A program made the position numbers and the translations under genes. A stretch of DNA of 64,000 nucleotides, taken from assembly GCF_037042905.1 (NCBI RefSeq), contig NC_087254.1:3534001-3598000 (forward strand), given 5' to 3'. The first letter of the stretch is position 1, and every line of letters begins with the position of its first letter. This document shows, one piece after another, positions 1 to 37,121 of the stretch. The notes beneath the pieces are model-generated. The model searched no databases, was not told where the DNA came from, and saw only the letters and a list, made by a program, of their open reading frames with translations. This DNA comes from Lytechinus pictus (lineage: Eukaryota).

Positions 1-240
1 TCCAATGTAGTCATAGCACATTATATTAAGGGCTCCCAACATGCAAATTGCTACAGCCTGGATCATTGTCAATCCGGTCAACAAATTATGTATTATAGGC
101 TTGTCTACAAACCCTCTTATAGTCCTCTTTAATGCATTGTAGCAATTCTGAGCTTTACCTTACTGATGATTTGGGAGCTCTAACACGCCCAATCCTTCCT
201 AACCTTTGTCTAAAACTCTTGACATCTTCCGACACAACTT

Positions 241-600
241 AAATAATAATAATAATATATGTGATTTGTAATGCGCCAAATCCACTCGGCAGAGTGCCCA
301 AGGCGCAATGAAAGACGACAGAAAGAACGAAAGAGAAAAGTACAAATTTAATAGTAATAGATTCAGGAACAATTAAGAGTAAGAGGCATTGAATAGACAA
401 GTCTTAAGGTAACGTTTAAATGTGTCAATGGACGTGCATTCACGGATTGTCAGGGGAATGTCATTCCAGAGAACAGGGCCAACGTGAGCAAAAGCCCGAA
501 CCCCCATGACTTAACGGATTTAGGAATAACTAGGGAACCAGAGTTGGATGAACGTAGGGACCTGACTGGAGTGTATTTGCTGATTAGATTAGTACTTATG
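241..600 (-). mobile_element. L2/CR1-group LINE 3' fragment with (ATT)n tail
   Basis: Minus strand reads YTPVRSLRSSNSGSLVIP then, frameshifted, RAFAHVGPVLWNDIPLTIRECTSIDTFKRYLKT, a typical RT C-terminus; (AAT)n at 242-256. Confidence 0.75.
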
Positions 601-1472
601 TCCACTGTCTCATTGAGGCAACTTGTGTCGGAAGAAGACATGGATAACGGTGTGGTTCTTGTTAAAGTCCTCTTGATTGGCATTAAATCTCCTATGCTCG
701 ACTTGTCGGATTTCTGTACAGAGAGTTGTATGATTGTCCAAAGTACATCCGCATGAAATTTTCAAGCAGTCAATGAGAGAGAAATCACAATATATTGACA
801 TTTTTTCCATATAAGGATGCTTATTTGCATTTTAATGCAAATGAGGTCGACTTTTTTGCACTTTTGATATAAAAACATTGAATACAGTTATTCATCATGA
901 ATTTTTGCTCAAATTAAATTGTTTTGGACACTTAATTTGTAATCTTTGGGCTATTTTCCTTATTTTTTAAACTTTTTATGGCTAATTTGCACTGCTTGGA
1001 TTTTTGGGGACTTTTAGTATGTTGTTTAGGAACCTTCCTGGACAGCATTGCAGTGGAATATCCTGTGTTGCAATTAGTGGTGGGTCAAACCCTATATTGA
1101 CTGGACTACTAACCAACAGGAATACCTGGTAGCACGTGGGGCGTATCCTCAATACAGTAGCTGGCATCGCGTAACTGCGCGTATATTGGTCTGCTTAATT
1201 ACAAAGAGAGACAGGTAGCTGTGAAGGATTTTTAGAAAAAAGGGAAAACATAAAAAAAAGAGGAGGAAGTGACATGTAGGGCCTTACTAATTGTAGCATG
1301 AAAAAATATTTTTGAAAAAAAAATGGATGATGAGTGAAATTAATACCACAATATTATCTGAATAATATCATTGCATGCTTGACATTTAGTCGGCAGGGTA
1401 TCGGGATATTTGTTACCTAAAAGATATGACGACATTTATGACTGCTAGACCCTATCATAAATTATATCATAT

Positions 1473-1799
1473 TAGTCAAGTAGAACCCCAACTTAACCGT
1501 CAAGTTTGGTATGACTGCATTTTTTTTGCTGGAAGTTGTAGTATGGGGTGTCTACTTCAAGAGTCTGATGGGTGCCACCTGGGCACCTTTGGGCATTTTT
1601 TTAAATTGACATCATAGGCAGCCACGCCCACTTTTTCACATACCTCTTAAATATGAATTTCATATTTTAAGAAATGCCCAAGGGTGCCCAGGTGGCACCC
1701 ATCAGACTCTTGAAGTAGAATCCCCATACTAAAACTTCCAGCAAAAAAAAAAAAAAAACGCAGTCATACCCAATAATTTTAATCATATCTACCTGACTA
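1473..1799. mobile_element. Palindromic MITE with long inverted arms
   Basis: tagtcaagtaga...tctacctgacta ends; about 95-bp arms (tctacttcaagagtctgatgggtgccacctgggcacc and its reverse complement). Confidence 0.8.
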
Positions 1800-2606
1800 T
1801 ATCTTTTGCTTGTATTTGAGATTATTTGCATTTAGGAACTGCTTATTTTGGTGCATGCTAAAGAGAAGAGACACAATTTAGGACAATTTTATGACAAAAG
1901 TTATGACATCTACCACAATATGGATTTTGTTATATCTCTGAGAAAAGAAAAATATGGAGAAAAGACTACCGCCCCAGGAGCTAATGTGGAGATTGTGCAG
2001 ACTGGATGATGTAGGTGCTGTACATCTGGTGCGTGTAGTCGATACCTGCTGGGATATTCTGAATTCTCTGTAGCCGGGAAAATAAAGGAGTTTGAAAAGC
2101 CTTGAAAAATGTTCTGCAGGGATCCTCAAATGAGCAAAAATGCTTTAAAATGGCTGATATTGTGGACAACTTTCCCTTTGTTTTGTACACAAATTTTCAG
2201 ATTTCCATTATTTGAAAGATAGTTTTGTAGATTTGAGGATCCCTATATAAAGTACATTAAGACTCTTCAGACTTCTATAAATCTCTTATTTTATAACCAA
2301 TACTGCTAAAACTACTTTTATATTGATCATCTCATTTTACTCTTCTTAAATTAATTCTTGGATTTTAGTTTCATTTAAGACTACCCCACTGTATCCATAC
2401 AATTGATTGATCACATATGCCTTGAATGTGACATAAAACCACAGTGTACACAGTAAACACAGCCACGAAGCGCAAAACATAAATGTTAAACGTCCTTTTA
2501 ATGATAACTTACTTCAATGATATACTTATGATGAATTGATATGAAATGAAAAAAAACTTTGCCAGAGAAAATAAAAGACAAATATAAAAAGAATAATTCC
2601 ACTATA

Positions 2607-3591
2607 CAGTGCGTATAAAAAAAAGTTTACACTTAGAAAAAATCCTGTAAAATTATATATTTGTAATATCATGAAGATTTTTCTACATTCTAACATTGGT
2701 ATAGATCCATTTAAGCAAATGACGATATAACTGTCAAAAAATATTTCCGCTTGAGTGAGCGCCACTTACTTCTGGAAAGTTAGTGAAAAATAATTTGCGC
2801 AGAACTTTGAAATAGTTATGCGAATAAAAGTAGACCTTAATCATGAAGAACACATAGAACTTAGCTAATAAATTGATTTAAAGATATCTTTTACCTTTTT
2901 AAACTTGTTTCCTTGCCCAAAACACTTTGAAGAGTGCATTGCGCCCCACCCCACTCCCCCACACATCGAGGCCATCGTGACGATATTTGCTTTATACTGA
3001 GCTGTGATTTACATGAAATGGCTTAGGCTTGATTTTCATTTTGTTAATCATTCTCAAGCTTGGGAAAAGTGTGGAGGAACAAGCATTAAATGAAAGATGA
3101 AATGTAAACCTACTTTAAATGATAAAAACCTAGTGAAAAAATGCTGCAGATGTCTGATATAAACTTTTGTTCAGATTCAGTAATGTCCTCAGATCCAGCT
3201 GGCACACAAAGGGTAAATGGTGTGCTTACTAAGTGTTGAAATTTCAATTCGGGTGGCAAAATTGTTACAAAAGGCTTGAATGTATCCGTTTTATTTCAAT
3301 TGACTAAAAGTGCAAGGGAAATGTATGCGAAATGTTTCGCCGGGTAAGTTTGATTTCGCCCTTTCCCCTTGACACAGCGTGAAAACAAGCATTTTTGCGC
3401 AAACAGATTTCTGCGAGCTTTACAAAAATGAACAGTGCTCACCCAAGTGTAAAATTCTGTCAAAACGTTTACTTTCATTGGATAGATGAGACCCAATTCC
3501 AAGATTATATGTGAAAAAATTACCCACATGTTGTATATTTCTTAATTCCCAGGGCTTTTTCAAAGTGTAAACTTTTTTTTGATACGCACTG
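2607..3591 (+). mobile_element. Tc1/mariner-type non-autonomous element, copy 1
   Basis: TIR CAGTGCGTATMAAAAAAAAGTTTACACTT, TA target duplication on both sides, no transposase ORF. Confidence 0.9.
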
Positions 3592-3944
3592 TATTATCTA
3601 GAGCGTATTTGAAGACCCCTTAGTCCAGTAGACTACATTCAATTCATGTAATATTCCACAGTGTGTGATGGTAGTCAAATGCATGAACAGTATATCAACT
3701 GTTTTACATTTTTTCAAAACAATGGGAAATTGATTATTTAAAAAGAAATAATATTTCTCCAGTAGATTTTGCATTTTTCTTGATGTTTGTAAGGTCATGC
3801 AAAATAATAATGCAACATATATTAGACATAATAGATAGATTCTTTGAAATTATATGCAGATGTTTTTTATCCATTGAAATAATACTGGTGCTTTCTTGAC
3901 ATTGATTCTATTCGCAACATTTATTCTTCCTTTAAATTACCTAG

Positions 3945-29112
<25,168 letters not shown>

Positions 29113-29432
29113 TTGATATGATGACTTCTACCTTCGGAAAGGCACGGATAAGACAACGGAACATGGATTCGTGATAAATGTTGCATACCTATTTTAGGGA
29201 ACAATTGGTTTTAATTATTAGTAGGAGGAGAAATATATATCGTCGAGGGCAACAGTGGGTATTAGACGCACAAGAAACATTTCTGAAAAGCCTTAGGAAT
29301 ATCGATAGTATGTAGATCCATATATATAATCATATTAAAACAAACTCTTAAGAATATCTTTAAAACAGTGACCGGTCAGTATAACTGACCATTAACACCA
29401 GTCATTAGAAAATATTCATATTACATTGCTGA

Positions 29433-29438
29433 AATAAA
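29433..29438 (+). promoter_or_regulatory. Candidate polyadenylation signal of gene A
   Basis: First AATAAA seen downstream of the stop; common by chance in AT-rich DNA. Confidence 0.25.
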
Positions 29439-30506
29439 CAAAAGGTCTTTGATGTATTCCAGTCAATTATTTGAAAGAGGATTCATTTCACAACTTTATT
29501 ATAAATGTTTTAAGAAATCATTCATATTTGTATGGTGACTTATCTTACATAATAGTTTCTATTTTAGTTAGCCAGACCTATGAACTATAGAATCTAAAAT
29601 TTACTCTTATAAATACGAGTAGTTTAAATGCATCTCAATTAATTACAGACTTTTTTACTTTATCATGTTTCAATGTCACAAATCTACATATTTATTATCA
29701 TAAATTTTAGTTTTCCACTTTAAATTTATTTCGTCTCCGATGACACAAGTTATACAGCATGTGAGTTATCCACAATGCACTATTCAGGATAATACTACTA
29801 ACAATAATTGTAACGATGAATATACAGTTTTACACTATGCTGTTTCATTGCCATTTTGCCTTATTGATTGTTTTTCTTTGTCTTCATTCAATTGAAGGAT
29901 AACAATGTTTTCTATACATTTGTCAAAAAAGTGTCTTCAATAATATCATTTAATGTTCTTTTCATTTAATGTTCTTTTTTGGATGTAGAGAATATGAAAT
30001 CAGTACATGATAATCGTTTTTTATATATCAATAGGTGATATTTACTGATTAACTGGTATGACATGTGCTAGCAGAATCCTTCAACGTGACTATTTGTTTC
30101 ATGAAAGCACGTACCCCCTCTATGGCCTGTTGTAGAAATAGTTGCAATCAATAGCAACTCCAAAACCAAACTCAACCTAATTTCATCTAATATGATCATG
30201 ATACATTATAGTAGTGTGTTAATTTTTTTAGTTGATATTAAACCCAATCTTTTTTGGGGGAAACGGGTCCAGAACTGGTCTAGTTGGAACCTGTAGTTGT
30301 GGGACCAGTAGCTGATTCTTCCTGGTAAGGTGATCGCATTATAGAAATCAGATTTAGAAATATGTTCAGAGTATCATTTTTGTATTCAGTATTTTTACAG
30401 AGAAGGAATATTATGGGAAGATAATGATTTACAATGTAAAAGCTCGAATTGAACAGCTGAAGATAAATTCACATTCTTTTCTTCTCTCTGAGCAGTCATA
30501 AGTTAA

Positions 30507-30927
30507 AGGGGATGTTCACCCTAACAAAACGTTTATTGTAAATAAAGCAGATACATAAATTGAAAAAAATATTACCGAATTATTAGAGTGCGAGCAGCTT
30601 TCATACATATTGTATGGTCTAAGATTTTTTTTTTTTTTTGGGGGGGGAGGGGTATACTTTCCTTAAGTATATTGATCGACAAATCAGTTCACACCCTTTC
30701 CTAAAAGAAAACAAAGATAAGTCATCACGAACCATTTCAAAATAAAAAATGTGCATTTTATATTACAAAACATTTGGAGCAGCATCTCTTTTACGACGTC
30801 ACTAACCAAAAACTTAAAATTTTAAATAATTTTTTCAATCTTCATTGGATTTCCCTCAAACCTTCAAGAATACTTTTTCTTTTCTGCAATCATTACAACA
30901 AACTTTTCTTCAAGGTGGACTTCCCCT
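30507..30927 (+). mobile_element. TTAA-TSD MITE, family 3
   Basis: ttaa|aggggatgttcaccct...aaggtggacttcccct|ttaa. Confidence 0.78.
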
Positions 30928-31060
30928 TTAACCACTCTGAGAGAATATTCTGGCAGGGAAAGCTAAACTAATCCAATTATTAATATTTACATGTGCCTTA
31001 CAATCAACCATTATAGAGGTACTCCAGGCTAAATAATAAAAGGATATTGCAATCGATTAA

Positions 31061-31647
31061 AGGGATGTTCTAGGCTGAAGTAAATATGATTTGAAGAGAA
31101 AAGAGCTGACAAACGAAATACTGAAAAATTGATCAAAATCGGACAAGGAATAACAAAGTTATGACATTTTAAAGATTTGCATTTTCCGGTGAAACAGTTC
31201 TAGGCTTGTCTTCATAATTATTCAATGGGGAAATTGATGAAGTCATATCCCAACTTGTTCTTTTGTATTTAATTATATAAAATTGTGTTTATGCAAGTTT
31301 TTTCCTCTTAGAACTAAAAAAATGGATTGACAACTGATTTAGTGCATTAGACATTCATTGCTGCAACTCAGTTCATTGTAAGGGAGACATATTATTCTCA
31401 AGTATGAAATGATGAAAAAAAGTGATTTCATGTAATACCATACATTAAAGGAAAGTGGGGATGTGACATAATCAGCCCACCTAGTGAATATTGATGACGA
31501 CGTGTATATAACTGCTTTCACAAAATATTGCTAAACTTTAAAATTTAATAACTTTGTTATTGATGAAATTTGATTTCGCCGGTATTTTGCTTTATGAATT
31601 TTACTCTATTTTTTCAGATATAAATATTTTCAGTCCGGAGTATCCCT
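31061..31647 (+). mobile_element. TTAA-TSD MITE, family 2
   Basis: ttaa|agggatgttctaggctgaa...ttcagtccggagtatccct|ttaa. Confidence 0.82.
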
Positions 31648-31918
31648 TTAAGGGTTATTTTGGCAGAATGATTGTCGAGGATCTTGCTTTCAAGCTACAA
31701 TTTATTGTGACAACAAATGGAGGAACGAATTTCCTAGCTCTTCTTGAACTTTTGTATTATTGCAGGGGGGGGGGGGGGGTTGTGCTGATTTTCATTTGAA
31801 TAGACTTATACTACTCCAGCAAAAAGCATTGCGCGTTATTTGCCATTTTCATAATCGGGCACACACGAATGTTCTTTTTTAAACTCATGGTATTAATAAT
31901 AATATAATAATAATAATA

Positions 31919-34900
31919 TTTTTTTTGTCCTCATCAGAGGTATTTATTACATTAAAATCAATAATCAAACACATACAATATATACAATTAGTTTTATATT
32001 TCACAACCTTTTGATTTCATTATACTGTTTTTCTGATATTTTTATCATGTTACTCTTTTACATTGAAATCAATAAACAAACACAAACATTATATACAATT
32101 AGTTTCACATTTCACAGGCTTTTGATTTCGTTGTACTGTTTTTCTGTTAGTTTTATCTTATTACTCTTTTCAAGAAATCTCAAATTAATGACTAATTCTC
32201 TCTTGAAATCTGACAACATAGAAAAATAGCTGAATTTTTTCGAAGTGAACTGAGCCAACATATAGACTCTATAATTCGTATATTGTGCGAAAACCAAAAT
32301 TACATTAAGAAAAGCCATGTTTTCATTTTCAACATCGTGGCCAATCAATAATGTTTTCTCATTAATCTGAATATTCACATTAAACTGGATCTTAATGAAA
32401 TACCGTAGTTTTTGCCAAAATCAATTCACATGTGGACAATGCAACAAAGAATGATCTAGAGTTTCAATTTGTTTACAATGGTTACAAGTCATGTCTGATG
32501 TGATATTCCATCGAACTAAATTCTCTTTATACGGCAAAATCCGATGCAGCAATTTGAAATTATATTGTTTAACTCTGTTATTAAATAATTTTCCAAGCTT
32601 AAATTTTAGCAATTTGCTCCAATCATAATCTTCTGCAAGTGATAAACTGTCTTGCCAAACATATAACACCGTTGGGTGTAAATTCTTTTTTATATCTACA
32701 AAATATGTGTAGAATTGTTTTGTTTTTGATATTGTAATGTCAATTGAGTCACCGGTTTTAATTTGAATAAATTTATCGTTTTGCGTTCGTTGATCATCTT
32801 GATTTTCAAGCTGAGCAGTGTTCAACTTATCCAACCAATATTTTGGAAAAGCGGTTTTAATTTTAGCATATTGAAATAAGATACAAAGATAATGCATCGA
32901 CAGTAAGTCTGTAATACTTTCACAGTTTTTCCATTAACCATTTTCAATTAAATGGTGTACTTTAACTATACCCTCATCGTACCATTTTCTGAAATACAGT
33001 AACTTGTTTTCATGTTTTATATTTGAATTATTCCATATGATTTCATTTTCAAATTGAGTTACTTCGAATATATTAAGATAGTGAAGTTCAGCCCATGAAG
33101 TAAGTAGGTCTGTATAAAATGTAGGTAATGAATATTTTTTGCATAATTTGATCATGTCTACTGGAGAACAGTTACATTGAATAGATAATGGTATACCACC
33201 TAATTTATGTAACCAAAACTCACAAATATATTTCCATGGTGGATCATTACCTCTTACAATTTTTGGTAACCAAGAAAGTGTGAGTGATTTCAATCTAGAA
33301 TCTATATCAATCATACCCAAACCCCCATATTGTGGTGAATTAATAATGTAAGCTCTTTTCACTTTTTCTCTTTTAGAATTCCATAAAAATGAATGAATTC
33401 TTTTATTAAGTTCTTTGATATAATTTTGGGGCATGATGTAGCATGTGCTTAAGTATATTAACTGTGATACAAGTAACATTTTTATAATAACTATTCTCCC
33501 ATGGTATGTCAGATTTCTCATCTTCCAAAGATTTATAATACGTTTAATTTTATCTATCTTTACAGACCAATTAAGGACATTGAAGTCATTTGTGTTCTTG
33601 CATAATACAACCCCAAGATATTTAATTGGTTCATCAGACCATTCAAAGTTGCATATACCATTTGTTTCATTATAATTTATATTAAGTGGCATAACTTTGG
33701 TTTTATCTAAATTAAGTTTTAAGCCAGAATATTCCCCGAACTTAATAACATCTTGAATTGCGACATTTCCTGCCTGGACGGAATTAACAAAAAGAGCGGT
33801 GTCGTCTGCTCACTGTGAGATCTTTAATTCTTTTGAAAATGGTTCTTTGTGGAATGGAATCTTAATACCACTGATTTTCTTGTTTGACCTTATCTGTGAC
33901 GCCATTACTTCAACAACTAAAACAAATAACAAAGCCGATAGAGGGCACCCTTGCCTTACACCCTTTTCTATCTCAAACTGTTTTGAAATCCAACCATTAT
34001 TTATTACTTTGCCTCCAGCGTTTTTATATAATACTTTAACCCATTGGATAAATGAATCTTTAAAGTTCAATCTTGACAGGGTTTCGAAAAGAAAGCTATG
34101 TCTCACACAATCAAATGCTTGTTTGAAGTCTAAAAAAAGTACCAATCCTTGTTGTTCCAAAATTTTACTATAATCAATAACATCTAGTACCAACCTTAAG
34201 TTATCTTAGGTTGAACGCCCCTTGATATAACCTGTTTGATCAAACGAAACAATTTTATGGATTACTCGTTGAAGGCGTTGTGACAAAACTCTCGCTAAAA
34301 TCTTATAATCTATATTTAATAATGAGATTGGCCTCCAATTGTCTAATAATCTACTATCCCCTATTTTCAATAACAGTGTGAGTATACCTTGCCTTTGACT
34401 TTCTGACAAACCCCCTTGAGCGTATCCTTCATTTAGACTGTCGATTAGCAAATCTTTTATGTCTGGCCAAAAAATATTTATAAAACTCCGAACTCAATCC
34501 AGCGCAACCAGGTGCCTTATTATTTTGCATTGAAAGCAAAGCTTTATAACACTCATGTTCGGTTACCAGTCATTCACAACTTAGTGCATCCTTCTCATCT
34601 AATTCTTTCAATTCAATATTTTTTAAGTATGATTTAATGTTTATATCATTATCGTTATAGCTATTTTTGTACAATTTACTGAAATAATTATTAATAATCT
34701 TCAAAATTTCGGTTTTCTTTGTAAATGTTTTACCGTTTTGTACAATACAGTTAATCTCTTTTTTCTTGCCATTTATGGTTTCTTTTTTCAAAAAATACTT
34801 GGACGACTTTTCGCCAGACTCCATCCATTTCTCCCTAGCTCTAATATACGCACCTTTGCACTTATATGTGTAAAGTTTATTTAATTCATTTCTGATTGTT

Positions 34901-35637
34901 TCTAACTTATCAATATCTTTCTTGTTTGGATTTTTATCAGCCTTTTCACTCTGTTTATTGAGATCATCTTGTAACTTTGTAAAATAACATGTTCTTTCTT
35001 CTTGTTTTTGTTTAGAATATTTCACAGTGACCTCTTTTATTTTAATTTTACACATTTCCCATATAAGCTGTGGACTTTCATTCATGAAATCCATTTTTAC
35101 TTTATTAATCACATGTTTAATACAGATTATAAAATCTTGTTCTAGTAAGTGTGAATTGTTTACTTTCCAATAACCTTTGCCTTTCCCAATACCACTCAAA
35201 TTCAACTTTAGCGAAATGGCATTATGATCACATTTAAGTGCTGGGCGTATATCAATGCTGTACATTGAAGGATATAGTGTTGTTGAAATTAGCCAGTAAT
35301 CTAATCTAGAATAGACACCAAAAAACCTCTGTCGCCAAGTAAATTGTTTCTTCGTGGGATATAATTTCCTCCAAACATCAACCAATTCATTTGTTTGAAA
35401 GAATTTCTTGAAATGATTGGGTGGTTTATAGACTCGAGATGTGCCACGAGAATTTAAATAAGTTTGTGTAGTATTCCAATCACCTCCACAAATTAATATG
35501 TCTCCAGGTTTCTTAATTTCGTTAAACCAATGGAGTAGGTTTTTAAAAAATATGACTTTATCAGAATACTTTGTTGGCGCATAAACATTCAATAATAAAT
35601 AACAACAATTGTTATACATTAATCTAATAATAATATG
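31919..35637 (-). mobile_element. Tx1/L1-clade non-LTR retrotransposon, 5'-truncated, ORF2 disrupted
   Basis: EN motifs NVYAPT, GDWN, DVWR, SRLDYWL, DHNAI; RT motifs WRPISLLNIDYK, LDFKQAFD, GVRQGCPLS, SQ*ADDT (stop in the catalytic motif); zinc knuckle CNHC...HSLLHC; AATAAA and poly(A) at the 3' end; several frameshifts and stops. Confidence 0.93.
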
Positions 35638-35671
<34 letters not shown>

Positions 35672-35750
35672 TAATAATGAAAACGGCATATTTACCCATG
35701 TTAGCCACTTCAGTTCCGAAAACTGTTCTTCCAGTGGGCCCTGCTATTAT
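35638..35750 (-). mobile_element. SINE/LINE 3' end with (ATT)n tail
   Basis: Minus strand cagggcccactggaagaacag...gtaaatatgccgttttc(att)n. Confidence 0.5.
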
Positions 35751-35759
35751 ATTATTCTG

Positions 35760-36060
35760 ACGACACATGATCTTTACCATTATAATCTTGGATATTTTAT
35801 GTACAACCTTAGTAGAGATGAACTACCAGATATATTTTATTCTATGTTTACAAGAAATGTCAATATCCACTACCTTACAAGATCCGCTGGACCTTTCCGT
35901 TTACCTAGAACAAGGACATTATTGCCGAACAAAATGTTCATATCTTCTGGCATCAAACTTCGGAACTCACTTTCACAAGCTTTACGAAATAAGCCTACAA
36001 TTCAAAGTTCCTATAGAGCATTTAAAAAAAAAAATCCCTAATAACTATAATAGTCAAATT
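35760..36060 (+). mobile_element. CR1/L2-group LINE RT C-terminal fragment
   Basis: FMYNLSRDELPDIFYSMFTRNVNIHYLTRS...SGIKLRNSL...FKKK resembles LINE ORF2 ends (H-x-Y-x-TR...G-x-x-LWN-x-L). Confidence 0.7.
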
Positions 36061-37121
36061 ATGCATCCTGCTTAGGGTACAGTATCTTGGGGATCTTCTT
36101 TTCCCGTCTCTGTCTCTTTTTATTCGATCTACCTCTGCAGATTTGCTTTTTGTTTGCTCTTATTTATTTTCTATTACTCGTTTCTTCTCTGTATTTTTTT
36201 TCTTCAAATTGGCCGTTCTTGTACTATTTCGTAAGTCCTGTTTTTGTATAACTTTTTTTTTTACTAGAACACGGTGTATTCAGTAAGCAGTCAACAGGCA
36301 ATTATATTGATACAGAAATGTTATCATTACATGTACTGGGTCAGAAATAAATGTAAAGTAAATTGCACATGTACCTTACAATGTACATTAGAATGTTGTT
36401 GTTTGTACTTTTTAGATTAAAGGTTGCTCAATCATATATAAGTACAGTAGGATGTCGAAAAGAAGTGAGAGTGAGAGAAGGGGGGGGGTGATAAAATGAA
36501 TGAGACAGACACAGTGGTGGCAAAAATGAGTCAGACAGTGAGGAAAATGAGAGACAGACAAAGGGAAAAATGAGAGGGAAGGAAAAATGAAAGAGACCCA
36601 AACGGGGAAAATGAATGAGAGAGAGAGAGACAGTGGGTAAATGAATGAGAGAGACAGAAATTATAAAGAATACATAAGACCGAGAAAAAAAAGGTTTTAG
36701 ATGTCAATTGTGATAAAAAAAGATTTGTATGGCTTCCATGGGCTTTTTAAATGTTTTTTTTAAGTAGCCTAGGGCTAGACTATAGTTTTCGAGATCTAGA
36801 GTCTTTTAAGTAACGTTAAGTTCTCTCGGCCTAACATTAGAGTCTACTATAGGCTAGATCTATAATCCAAGTTATATATAACTGTTAGTTGTTCTAACTA
36901 CTGTACAAGCTGTTATTTTCGCGTACAGAATTTTTCGCGAATCGCGGGGGTCCGGACATTTTCGTGCGTTGTTAAATTCGCGATCGGAAGATGTACGAAA
37001 CACTTCCACAGCATTTCAAAGAAGCAAAGCTAGTGCAAATCATGTGCAAAACTATACTCATCAAAGCCTCCATGCTGATTTGTCTTTTGTACATAAATAT
37101 GTCCCTGTAAAAACAGTTACA

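Noticed and set aside
31919-35637. Active or domesticated reverse transcriptase
   Set aside because: 5'-truncated, multiple frameshifts, and a stop at the first residue of the catalytic xADD motif.
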